From assembly GCA_030704615.1 (NCBI GenBank), contig CM060731.1, forward strand, positions 75,578,001-75,642,000: 64,000 bases of DNA. The letters are read 5' to 3'. The translations under genes and the position numbers were made by a program. This document shows positions 1-11,095 of this stretch, in pieces. The DNA is from Takakia lepidozioides. Its lineage: Eukaryota > Plantae > Bryophyta. Each line of letters starts with the position of its first letter. Position 1 is the stretch's first letter. The notes under the pieces were generated by a model. The model saw only the letters and a program-made list of their open reading frames with translations, was not told the origin of the DNA and made no database searches.

Positions 1-2031
1 GGCTTGGAGGATCGGATGCCCATAGGTTTTGAATACAATCGACACAACCTCCCATTGGATGGGCTACCATACACATTTCTGAATTGTGCGCATTGGGGCA
101 ATAACTTGGTATGGGATGCAGACAAAGAGATGCATGGCATACATGCCGGAAACCCGACATACATCAAAGATCCCCAATATTTTTGGGTCACATCTGATTG
201 GGAGATAACCATACGTGCGGGAGGTATTCGAGATTGGTGGGAGAGAGAGCAGTTTTGCCGCAGTCTGGGAGGGCATTGGAGTCAAAGAAGGTCCAGGTTT
301 ATCAGGCTCCCACAAATTCCATGGGTGCCGGAGGAGAACGAATTGTATGACCGACAACCGATTGGGAGACATTTGTTGCTGTCCGAACTCGAAGATGTTA
401 TAATATGTCAACGCCAAATGAATGATGCGTATGAGGCGGCTTATCGTCGAAACAACACAATGATTAGGGACAGGGCCCGCGAGAGGCAGTTGGAAAGTTT
501 CAAAAGTACCATCAAGGCAGTTGTAGAGAAATAGAGGAGATTTTGGACAGACTGTTATCATCGTGTTTCGGGGGCTGTATTGCCGGATGTGGACAGCCTC
601 GTTGCCGATTTGCATGCAGCCCGAACACTTGTTCTCGATCCACCACCGCCACATCGTGAGAGTGAAGAAGAAAGTCAACTTTCGCTGCGAAGTAGGCGGA
701 TGCAGGCCAAAATTGATCACATGCCATTGGGCCCCTCATTGACCACGAGATCACGGTCGCAAGCTCTGGCAATTGGCAGTGCAAATCAGGCCACAACATC
801 AAATTCCACATCCACGGACAGTGACGACTAGGCTTTGAATGACTGGCAGCATAATACATATACAGTATGCATTTTTGTTGTACCTTGAATATTGTTGGAA
901 AACACAGTGATGACATTCCGCCAAGTTTGTATATCACCAGTTTTGTTAATACAGAATGCACATGTGCGGCACCTGCCAATTGCATGAGCAGCGTTTTCTT
1001 CACGTTTACACTCGTGTGATAGGGAAGAAATAGTTCACCCTGTAAACAAATTTACAATGGTGTCATATTTTGTCGCGGCCCTTCGCCTTGAGGACAGGGG
1101 GTCGGGACACGCGAGGGGCTGCCCCTGTGGTGGGGGCAGTGGCGACAATAGATGCGGGGACTAAAACACCCTTGAGTGCCTTGGCGGAGGTGCTCACTAG
1201 GTGGAGCCCCGCACACCGGGTTGCGGTGGGGGTGGTTTCACGAGGGGTGGTGGTAGCTTAGTGGGACTTAGTGGGGGTGGCATAGGACTCGCTACGGAGT
1301 TTACTCTCTGCGACTCTCCCCCTCTAGTTTGCTTCGATCGTGTAGAAAAGGTGGACAACAGGGCTAGGATCTTTATGGACATTAGTGCGTCGGAGTCCGG
1401 TGATACCACCAGTTCCAGTGCATAGACATTTTCCGACTGGTTGCACTTGTTTAGGAATATCTAGGGAATCAACTATGAGGAGATTGCTTCTCTTGCGTCA
1501 AGTGTGTGTCTCCCTTCCCAACATTGTCTACATAAGACATTTCCTGGATATAAATTTTTTCATCTTCACTTGCAAGTCCATTCATACAATCTGTGTGGGT
1601 CCACAATACTTCCAATCTTTACACATACGCACGTAAATTGTTTATGCATCCAAAACATATGTCCATCCATCAACTATCCGAAATTCTACCATTCCAAATT
1701 TGTCCCTCCGTCATTCATCCAGTATTCCAGCATATATCATCCATCATTTGCCCCACACTTAGCCATCATGCATCCAACATCTAACCAACATTCATCCATC
1801 ATCCATCATTTTTCATCCATCCACCATTCATCTAACGTTCATCCAGCTTCACATCCAGGTACGCATTATATTTTCACTCGTTCCCACGGGAATAGGTCCC
1901 CTGGGTTATCACCGTCCGCGGATGTGGGCCCCTACACCCTCTGGTGTGAGCATCTTTCCGCTCACTGATTGACATCTTCTCGCTTACGCATCTTCCCGCT
2001 CACGTGAGCCGCTCAAGGACTTGCAATCCCC
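1..2031. mobile_element. Probable right end of a DNA transposon (possibly Mutator-like) with unassigned ORFs, abutting the chromovirus integrase
   Basis: Integrase homology starts abruptly at 2032. Just before it are CCGCTCAC/GCTCACGTGAGC repeats like those in the window's Mutator termini, and a CATCCAT-rich tract at 1660-1860. The other end is outside the window. ORF 4..534 has no recognisable motif. Confidence 0.3.
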
Positions 2032-3700
2032 GTATCTGATCAATGACCACAGTTCATATCAAATTTCTGGAGGGGATTATTTCACATATTGGATACTAAG
2101 ATCAACCTCTCTACAACTAATCATCCACAGACTAACGGTCAAACCGACCGCGTAAACCAAATTTTGGAGCAGTATCGTCGCTGTACGATAAATTATCACC
2201 AAGATAATTGGACGGACCTTCTGCCATTGGCTGAGTTTGCCTACAACAATACTATACATTTTTCGACCAACCAAACTCTATTTTTCTCCAATTATGGTCA
2301 TCATCCTCGAGCAAACCCTTTCCACATGAAGACTGTTGGAAGCCATGCTGCGGAAAACCTTGCTACTCATCTTGCTACGATTCACAAGAAGCTTACATTC
2401 CACATTGCAGAAGCTCAAAAACAATACGAGGAGTATGCAGATCAACATCGACAACTTCAACCCCAGTTCAAGGTTGGAGATCGTGTATGGCTTCTTCGAC
2501 GTGACATACAAACCTCGCGACCATCAAGGAAGTTGGATTATCAACGATTGGAACCATTCAAAATTATTCGTCAAATAAATCCGGTCAGTTTTCGGCTTGA
2601 ACTCCCACGAAGTATGCGGATCCATCCAGTCTTTCATGTTTTATTATTGGAGTTGTATCATCCATCGAATATTCCAGGGAGAGTTTCCGTACCACCTCCA
2701 CCAATCGAAGTCAATCAGGAAATTGAGTATTAAATCGACGAAGTCCTAGACTCTCACATCAAAGTATAAATGTCTTGAGTATTTCGTACATTGGAAAGGT
2801 TACGACCAGTGTTGGGCGGTTACCCGCCGAGACCCAGGTTAACCGCCGGTTCAGGTTCAGGTTCACCGGAACCGGACCGGAACCGGGCCCATTCCTACAG
2901 AACCTGACCCGGAACCGGAACCTGCCAATGGGGATCGGCGCAGAACCGAACCGACGGTTCCTGCTGGCTGTGAGAACCGGAGAACCGGGGCGCAGGGGGA
3001 TAAAAACAGGTTCCGGTTCTTGACCCCTTGGTGGGCTGATGGGCCCAGGGCAAAACTTATTTAATGCTCTCAAGCCTTGGGTTCAATCTCCAGCTCCATG
3101 ATATCCTGGCTAAGTTCATTAATAAAATGTTTGAAGATGCCAACACTTGTCAGGTAGCTGAATAGTACTTTCAACCCATAAAATTTTACCCATTTTCTTC
3201 TACCAGTTTATTTAGAGTATTTTTGTTTGTTTTTTTGTGTTTAGTGAAAACTAACAAAATCGTTGGATTTTAGTTCAAATATGTGAATACACTGCTATTT
3301 AATCTACCGGACTGATAAAATATTTTAAATCTAATTAAATTAAACAAATATATTTTAAAAATAGAACCGGAACCTAACCGGAACCGATGGTTTTTATTAG
3401 CAACTAACCGGTAACCGGAACCGCCCCCATGTTTAAAAGTTGGATCCGGAACCAGACCGGAACCGGCTCAATAAAAAAAAACCGGAACCGGATCCGGAAC
3501 CGTCTCTTGAAATAATTGTGGAACCGGAACCGAAGGTTCCTTCACAAATGCAAGAACCGCCCAACACTGGTTACGATATCAACGAACGAACGTGAGAACC
3601 TTCATCCAATCTTGCCAATACATCTGACAAACTCCAAGAGTTTCATCAATGATATCCAGCTAAACCCCGAGCTACACGTCAATAAGACATCGCAACGATG
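2032..3700 (+). pseudogene. Chromovirus (Ty3/Gypsy) integrase C-terminal half plus chromodomain, degenerate
   Basis: VSDQ*PQFISNFW, HPQTNGQTDRVNQILEQY, WTDLLPLAEFAYNN and the IHPVFHV region are present. The chromodomain reads EY*IDEVLDS...EYFVHWKGYD|INERT*EP and is split by the MITE. It contains stops and a frameshift. Confidence 0.9.
2807..3569. mobile_element. hAT-type non-autonomous element (MITE)
   Basis: 15-bp TIR CAGTGTTGGGCGGTT / AACCGCCCAACACTG. 8-bp TSD GTTACGAC (2799-2806) / GTTACGAT (3570-3577). Many AACCGG subterminal repeats. Confidence 0.9.
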
Positions 3701-4274
3701 ATGTCAGCCAAGTTAGCTTCAAGGTGAAGACTCCACATTCAGTGTACCTGATACACGCTAAGGAGGGATGAACACCACACATTAGTATATATAGTTACAC
3801 ATCCAGCACTTTTGCATCTTGTATTGACAGCATGGAGTCACATAAACCAGATACATTGGAGCTGTCACTTACCCAATTACCAGACCAGCCGTTCCGACTC
3901 TCACGACCTTTAACATCATGCCGACGCTCTCGAGACGATAGCCCACCAATGCGACGCGTACTTCCTCGTCTGGACCCCGTATGACGACAAGTGGAGTATA
4001 CTCGAAGTCTGATAATATTGTTGGAGGTTGAGGTTTCGGACCCATAGAGCAACGAAATCATGTTTGAAGGCAGCTTCGAAAATCCGAATGCTCGAATTAC
4101 TGCGTGGTCCCAAGTTTAAGGTGTTGGATACTATCGATGGTTGTAGGGACCCATAAATCATTTGAGTCAAGAACAAAGAGCCGAGTACTTGGCAAGTACC
4201 ATTCGCCGGATTTTGGATTTTCTCCAGCTCTAAGCAAGTCTAAGATTTTACCGCTCCTCGAGAAACTCAGCGCT

Positions 4275-4937
4275 AGAAGAGGGGGTGATGTCATGGCCAT
4301 AGCCCAGATGAACTTACCAAGAGTAAATACAAAAAATTATCAAGTTATCATATTATCGAAAGTTACCATGACTTACCGTGATTTACCATGATCTACCATT
4401 AGTTACCAAGTTACCGGGAGTTTATCAAATTACCAAAAATAACTTGGGAAACTGCTCATGAAGCTTCTTTTGGAGGAAACTTCTCCATCAAGATACCTCC
4501 TTTGTTTAAGGAAGCTTCTCGATCAAGAAACCTCTATTGGGGAAGCTTTTTAGAGAACATCCTAGTAGCCAGTATATATAGGAGGCGGGACTGGACACTC
4601 TTCAGTCTCGCCAACACAAGTTCAAGCTACTTTTGTTTCCAGTTCCAGTACTCCAGTCCAACTTCCCGTACTTTAGTCCAGTTTCCAGTATCTAGTACTC
4701 CAGTCCAATTTCGAGTATTCCAGTATTCCAGTCGAGTTCCAGTATCTTATACTCTTGTCCATTGTTATAAAGATCATCTTGATTCATGTTTACCCATCAT
4801 GCATTCGGCCACGCCGACCTTGATTTCTTGTCTAGTCGTGTACCTCTAGTCGTGTCTCTCTAGTCGGATCTCTTGTTTGTATTTAGTCATGTTCTCGTCA
4901 TTGACAGTATCCAGCACTTCAGTTTTCTCTCCTAGCT
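4275..4937 (+). repeat. Polypurine tract plus truncated 3' LTR of the chromovirus
   Basis: PPT AGAAGAGGGGGTGA (4275-4288) is followed by TGTCATGG at 4289. TATATATA at ~4574 and TCCAGT repeats are present. The LTR is cut by a CACTA end at 4938. Confidence 0.75.
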
Positions 4938-5340
4938 CACTACAACAGATTGCGGCTTTTATGACTCCCATGGGTGCGCAGTCATGACAGATTTGTGGCA
5001 GAAATGCCATTTGTAGTCGTAAATGCCTTTGAAGTCATAACGCTGGTCTGGGGAAAGGCGTATATGCGACTGCATGACTTCGGACTGTGCGCAACACAGG
5101 TCAAATATGTTTGACCACGAATATTGGCATGGCGGATATGACTACCAGTCACGGTCATGGCTACACTGGAATGAAGTGTGCATATTGCTAGACGGACATA
5201 TGACTTTATGACTCTCACTCTAATGCATTCTGCCAAATCATCACATGGAAGAATCACTACGTGACTGCACGTGTATGTTTTTTTGGTTATATATAATATA
5301 TGAGTATTTATATTTGGAAAAACGGAGACTCTGATCACTA
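4938..5340 (+). mobile_element. CACTA (En/Spm) left terminus
   Basis: Begins CACTACAACAGATTGCGGCTTTTA, 23/24 identical to the terminus at 42804. ATGAC/GTCAT subterminal repeats follow. Confidence 0.75.
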
Positions 5341-5968
5341 GAATGAATAATAATAATAATAATAATCAAAGTACAAAAGATTAAAAAAAAACACATCGGC
5401 TGGTAAGTGCACAGTGTGTTACCCTGGTGGTTCGGGTTTCAAACCCGCTGCCCTACCACGTGTGTGGGATTGTTCACGACGGTATGTCTGGGCTGATCGT
5501 CCTGTAGGTCTCATGGCCCATAAATGAAAGGGGGTTAATTTTTCCCCCTCCTCAAGGGCCTGAGGTTTCCTTTAAAAAAAGAAAAGAAAAAAAAGAAAAA
5601 AAAGAAATCAAAAAATTGTGTAAAAAGGTTAAAAAACTTAAAAAGTTGCCCATCGCGATAGCCGTGAACAAACTTAGAGCGAGCGGGAGGGAGGGAGAGA
5701 GAGAGAGAGGGCTGGGACTTAGAGCGTAAGAGCGGGAGGGAGGGAGAGCAAACATGCATGGGAGGCCCGCAGTTGAAGCAACCTTCGCATCTGAAGCAAG
5801 CAACCCTAGAAACGCTAGGGTCTGTGTGGAGGAGGTTTCGGCTGGGAGCTCGCCATTCTTGGGAGAGTCAGCTTCGTCTTAGCAGGCCGTGTTTCAATCT
5901 CTACCCGCTCGGCCCTGAATTTGTAGCACGGAGCAGAGCTGACATGAGTTTCTTAAAGATCCTTCACG

Positions 5969-6875
5969 ATGGTGGGACAACCAATACTCCTACAGACACA
6001 CAACCCGATCCCCCATATCAAGTCCGAACCTAACCACAACCTGCTTACGCCACTCACTCCATCACCTAGTATGCAAGGCTCCCCCACCCCCTCCCAACTA
6101 ACCATTGCACTGTCCCCCCCATCCTCACCACATAGTGACGATAATAACAATGCTTACATCATTGATGCCATACTAGGAGTTAAAACCCAAATGTCCATTG
6201 ATGCCTTTGGGGCCACCTGCATTGATACATACTATCACTGTCAATGGGCTGGGTACTCCTCATCAGACAATACATGGCAGATAGAAGATGACATATTTGG
6301 CCCACATGACGATTGCGACCCTGAACACAATCTTGCCCTACTCACCACCTTCCACAAAAAGACTAACACCGATTATCTAACACACACCCACCAACAACAC
6401 GCCACTCCCACCCAACCTACAGATAACAGATACATACACCAACCCATCTATGCTCCCAACGTACACATCTGCATAACTGAATGTAATCCCGACAAAGATG
6501 TCAAGCATGATCAACCACTCATCCGCATGGGCCCCCGCCTCTTCAATATCTACGCTAAACATGACCGCTTCATTGGACTCATTCCTAATGCACGATTAAC
6601 ATGGTTGTGGGAGAAATACTCTGCTGCAAGCTCATCTCCACAATCACTACAACCCCCGAAACAAGACTTTGCTACCGAATTATATTGGCTGGTTGACCGC
6701 TACCTCAAAGACACTCCCCCCAAGAAACCCCGGTCCCTCACTAGATTGGAAACAACATGTGCACACCACACCATACCCCAAGATATTCTCACCTTATTAT
6801 CAATACATTCTAGCTTACTCACTCATACTACTCCAACCCACTGACATGCCCAATGACATTGCACACATTTTCTAG
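5969..6875 (+). pseudogene. Chromodomain-containing ORF fragment, probably derived from a LINE-like element
   Basis: YIIDAILG...YYHCQWAGYSSSDNTWQIEDDI is a chromodomain signature, followed by ECNPDKDV. After a frameshift it reads HSYYSNPLTCP, then ends abruptly at an A-run. Confidence 0.6.
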
Positions 6876-6879
6876 CAAA

Positions 6880-7757
6880 AAAAAACGTCGCATTTTTTAT
6901 ACGACGCCCTGGGCGTTGCATTTGAGTTTTTTTTTTTTTTTTTTTATAAGTCATTTGTAGCAACGCCTGAGGCGTCGCTACAAATGACTTGATCATTTTT
7001 TGGTTTCTGCAGTAGAGGATGTAGGAAAAACGATGCCTTTAGCGTCGCTTATATTTGAGTGACGCTAGAGTGTCGCTTTGAGGTCGCGACAAACAACGCT
7101 CGCATGAACTACCTTATGTACAATTAAATCATGAGCTTGTGTGTATGTTTGATAGCCGATATGTTGCCAGTTAGTATGAAGTGTCTTAGTATGTGTATAA
7201 TCTAGAGGTCTTGAGTTCAAATTTGTCTAACAATACATTGAATGAATTGGGAACTTGATATGTATCGGCAACTTGCAAAATCATGTTGAAGGGTTAGGTT
7301 TGACACTACGGGGCAAGTGTGTGTCCCGCCATTTTTGGAACCATGGGCAATCCCGTTTTTTTTTTAACTGTGTGGATCCCGCCATTTTTCAAAATTCAAA
7401 ATTCCAAAAAACCTCAAAAGTGTCGTCCATGGCGTCGCTCCCAAACAGCGACCCCTATGGCGTCTTAAAAGCGACATTTTATTTATTTATTTATTCCTTG
7501 GCCTTGTATGGCTATAGTGACGCCCGGAGCGGCGCAGTCATTTTGCGCCGCCTAGGCGTCGCAAGTGGGAATTTTCAGGGGGGTTGGATCTGCGACCCCC
7601 CTGACATCGTATTAAGTCCGAAAATCTGCGACGGCCCTATAGCGAAGCGATGCGACGCAGATTTGCGATCTCTGCGGGGCCGAATAATTGCGATTAGCGA
7701 TGCCAGGGGTGTCACTAGAGCGTCGCTAACCCCCCCCCCAACCCAAATGGTGTAGTG
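6880..7757 (-). mobile_element. CACTA right terminus (different subfamily from the one at 4938)
   Basis: Ends ...CCCAAATGGTGTAGTG at 7757 (reverse complement CACTACACCA), with many GCGTCGC/GCGACGC subterminal repeats. There is no 3-bp TSD match with 4938. Confidence 0.65.
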
Positions 7758-7764
7758 TTCCAAC

Positions 7765-8460
7765 ATGCATTCACCTTTTTGCCTCGGTTGTCCCATCATT
7801 GACTGGGGTCAGAAAAATATTCATTCCACAGCTTCTCCTCGTCTCTGCTACCTATTTTTGGATACTTTCATGTTGTCACATTGGCAGTATCATGTCAAAG
7901 TCACTCCAAACTATCAAAGATTCACTCAATCAGCTAACTTGCAGAATTCAAGATGAAAATTTAAGGCCGACTCTGATAAGAGAGGAAAAAATGGCGAAAT
8001 GTGTTGAAGAAGGTGCCTTGAGTAACAGTGCCTCAATTGTGCCGCTGCTGCTGTGGCTTCCAGTTGACCATCTACCCATGCAGGTTTCTTGTAGCTATCC
8101 TTCCACAGGGAATCATAGATAATCTGGAAATTCAAATCCGGCCCTCTTGGATGAATCTGGACCCACACTCTATCCCCGCTCCTTCAGCACGGCGTGATGT
8201 TCTTCCAGCAAGCACCCTAACCCTACTTATTACAGTAGAGTCCAATTCTGAATTGCATCTGCTTTTCTGCAAGCCAACAGGCATGCACCGCTTTTCGTCT
8301 CCATTGTCCCACCATTGGCTGGGGTCGGAAAGGTGTTCATTCCAAAGCTTCTCTTCATCTCTGTTATTTGTTATCTGTTTTTGGGTATTATCCTGCTGCC
8401 ACATCGGCAGTAACTTATCAAAATCACTCCAAACCACCACAGATCTACCCAACAGTTTGA
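7765..8460 (-). pseudogene. Gene fragment with tandem OSB-type PDF motifs, paralogous to the PPR gene N-terminus
   Basis: LWNEHLSDPSQWWDNGDEK, an intron, then IHPRGPDL...LWKDSYKKPAWVDGQL, then LWNEYFSDPSQ*WDNRGKK followed by a GTGAAT donor. Confidence 0.7.
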
Positions 8461-8633
8461 GTGAAATTCATATGTCAGGAAGAGGTCATATAAATTCCTC
8501 CTACAACTGTTCGTTCCCCTTTCCATTCAAGTTAAGATATTAATCACCTAGTTGTCGAAGTCCCTAAGAATATGAATTCCCTCTTTAGTTCCTTAGGATA
8601 TAATTTCGCTCTTTGAAGTCCCAAGCTGGAAAT

Positions 8634-9494
8634 GCCTCTCATTTTTGAATAATTGGGAGTTTAAGGCTCACGTGTGAGCCAAGCAGCGGGCCCTATGTAC
8701 GGATGTTCGGGCGCCCCGCGACCACCCGGCGGGTCCGGGTCTGCTCAAGTTGGGTCTGCTAAGGGTCTGTTGGCAGGTTGGGTCTGCTCAGGGTTTGCTG
8801 GCAGGTCGGGTCTGCTCAGGGTCTGCTGACACGTTAGGTCGGGTCTTCTCGAGGGTAGGGTCTACTCAGAGGTCGGGTCTGCTCGCGGGTGCTCGTCGCG
8901 CAACAGCCTGCCCGCGGGACTTAGGAATTTTTGGATGAAAACTCGCCCATCAAAAGGAGGGTCATTAATACACGTGCAGCGCCAGCCGGAACCATCATTA
9001 ATGCACATTTGGCACAGCCGGTCTGCTCAGAGGTTGGGTATGCTCGCGGGTCTAAATGGTCTGCTTGTCGCGCGGCAGCCTGCCCGCGGGACTCAGGAAT
9101 TTTTGGGGGAAAACTCGCCCATCAAAAAGAGAGTCATTAATACACGTGCAACACCGGCCATTACCATCATTAAGTGATATTTGGCACAACCAAAGTTGAA
9201 CCCACAACCTCGTAGACACCACTCAATGCACCCAACCACCACACTACCCCGATATTTGTTATTATCCTAATTTTTTTTTATGTCTTAACCTAGAAAACAG
9301 CCGCAATCAACCCCAATGTCACCCTACCTCGCGGCAAAGCATACCTCGGGGCGTACCCACCCGGGCCGAGTCTCGCGGCAGATCCACCCGAGCCAGGTCA
9401 TGGGTCGTGGCGGGGCCACCCGATGTCCGTGCATGGGCCCGTTGCCTGGCTCACGTGTGAGCCTTAAACTCCCAATTATTCAACAATGAGAAGC
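8634..9494. mobile_element. Mutator-like MITE
   Basis: ~75-bp imperfect TIRs (GCCTCTCATTTTTGAATAATTGGGAGTTTAAGGCTCACGTGTGAGCC...). Perfect 9-bp TSD GCTGGAAAT at 8625-8633 and 9495-9503. Confidence 0.9.
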
Positions 9495-9610
9495 GCTGGA
9501 AATACATTAACTCCCCCTTTATTTCACTTTGCATTCAAGTCCCTGGGATATGAACAAGATAAACTGGGTAGCTGCTTAAATAACATCACTCACATATCAT
9601 CTAGTGCTTA

Positions 9611-9798
9611 GACAACTAGCATGTAGCCCAGTGGTAATGGGCACGTATCATGTTGAATTTGGTTGAGGGATCAAACAGTGGCTGGTGTGTCATGAAGGTG
9701 TCCACCTTTCAGCTGAAAGGCAGTAGCCCTTGTGGTGAAGACACCACACCATAAGTTACGTCTATCTTGGGGAGGCGTCATATATATATATATATATA
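9611..9798 (+). mobile_element. Possible tRNA-derived SINE-like insertion with a (TA)n tail
   Basis: It is present in the first copy of a local ~100-bp duplication (9551.. versus 9833..) and absent from the second. It has an A-box-like TAGCCCAGTGGT, a B-box-like GGATCAAAC and a terminal (TA)n run. Confidence 0.35.
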
Positions 9799-10732
9799 TT
9801 TCTAGTGCAAACAATTTCTGCACTGTCCTAGGGAACAAGATAAACTGGGTAGCACTGCTTAAATAACGTCACCCACACATCATCTAGTGCTTAGCTTTTT
9901 ACTAGTAAGTGGAAACAATTTCTGCACTGCCTCCTCTTCTTGACCTTGCGGTGCCCTCCTTTCTGTTTTGAGCAAGTTTCACTGACAGTTTCCCTGCAAA
10001 GCTAAATTACTAACTTGGTTGCAAAGAATGGCCGTCATTGAAAGGTCTATTTGGGATCATTTGTCCGGACATTGTTCGTCAACCTGCAGCTTCTATTGCA
10101 GAGCCCCACACCGAAGCTGCATTCATTTTCTCGGCAATCAACGGGACTCAATCGAAGTACTATGGACCTTCGTCTACGATCCACGATAGCCCGCATTCCG
10201 AACGCTTTGAACAAGATTTGAACAATCAAAATGTGCAGCGCATCTTTGATCAGTAGAATGTTATAGTAAGTGAACTAACATAACATATCCAGAAATGTAG
10301 AGGTCTACCTACAATCACGCAATTCACCACAGATGCAGGAACACGCAACGAGCAATATTGTAAGAGCCACTGAATGGGTCTTGATGCATCATCCCATCTG
10401 ATAAGTGTTGGCATATTTTATTCGCTCAGAAGACCAATAGATCTCCAAGTTACGTCCTGCCTCAGCCATGGGAGCAACAACATGCCTGCTCGTTCAGAGA
10501 GTTTGATTCTCTACTCCTTGCACTGGCCTTGTTCCAAAGTGTTCCAACTAGTCCCGTCAAATATCCACAAGAGTTTGATTGCTCAACACGGCTCTAACTT
10601 GGGTAGAAAGTCATGGAGGTCATATCATCTCTCACCCATCGTGCGACAATTTATTCACAACTCAGTATATTTAGCTTGTATAAATATGACTTAGGGTCAC
10701 GATTCACCATGGTTTCTTCAAACCGATGCGCT

Positions 10733-11095
10733 TTAGAAAAGTACGATCTTCAGATTTTCATCCTCGTTCATATATTGATAGCCACCAGAACGAGATGCCC
10801 CATTGATTGACGCTGCGCAGTTGTTTGTTAAAATATCCACATACCTGGCTACTGTGCTACAGGGTTGACAGGCCTCACTTCCACAAATCCCAACGGCGCA
10901 AGTACCATAGTTATAGATGGTGGTGCATTGGCTTCCGCCTTCATTTGCGTTACAGCAAGCCGTTAAACCAAGATTCTCTAGATAGCTAAATACTGGCGTG
11001 CAGTCTGTAACGAGTCCGCTAGCTTCAGAAGTCTGACAGATAGGCTCTGTTACCTGGGCATTTCCTCCTGATACAACCACCCCACCCACACACAC
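10733..11095 (-). CDS. Small Cys-rich secreted-type protein resembling fungal Ecp2/Hce2/KP4-like proteins; start codon uncertain, possibly a pseudogene
   Basis: ICQTSEASGLVTDC...CC.N.GGSQCTTIYNYGTCAVGICG...C..C...C...RSGGY, with 10 Cys after the hydrophobic leader. There is no in-frame ATG; the upstream CTGAAATTTCATC resembles a decayed MKFITAV signal peptide. Confidence 0.5.
   Translation of the reverse strand: MCVGGVVVSGGNAQVTEPICQTSEASGLVTDCTPVFSYLENLGLTACCNANEGGSQCTTIYNYGTCAVGICGSEACQPCSTVARYVDILTNNCAASINGASRSGGYQYMNEDENLKIVLF

Noticed and set aside
5395-5460. tRNA gene (B-box-like GGTTTCAAACCC; similar at ~3078 and ~7213)
   Set aside because: No complete cloverleaf can be built. At most these are tRNA-derived remnants inside transposon ends.
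4938-7757. A single intact CACTA element
   Set aside because: The ends share only CACTACA, the subterminal repeats differ, and the flanks (GCT versus TTC) give no 3-bp TSD.
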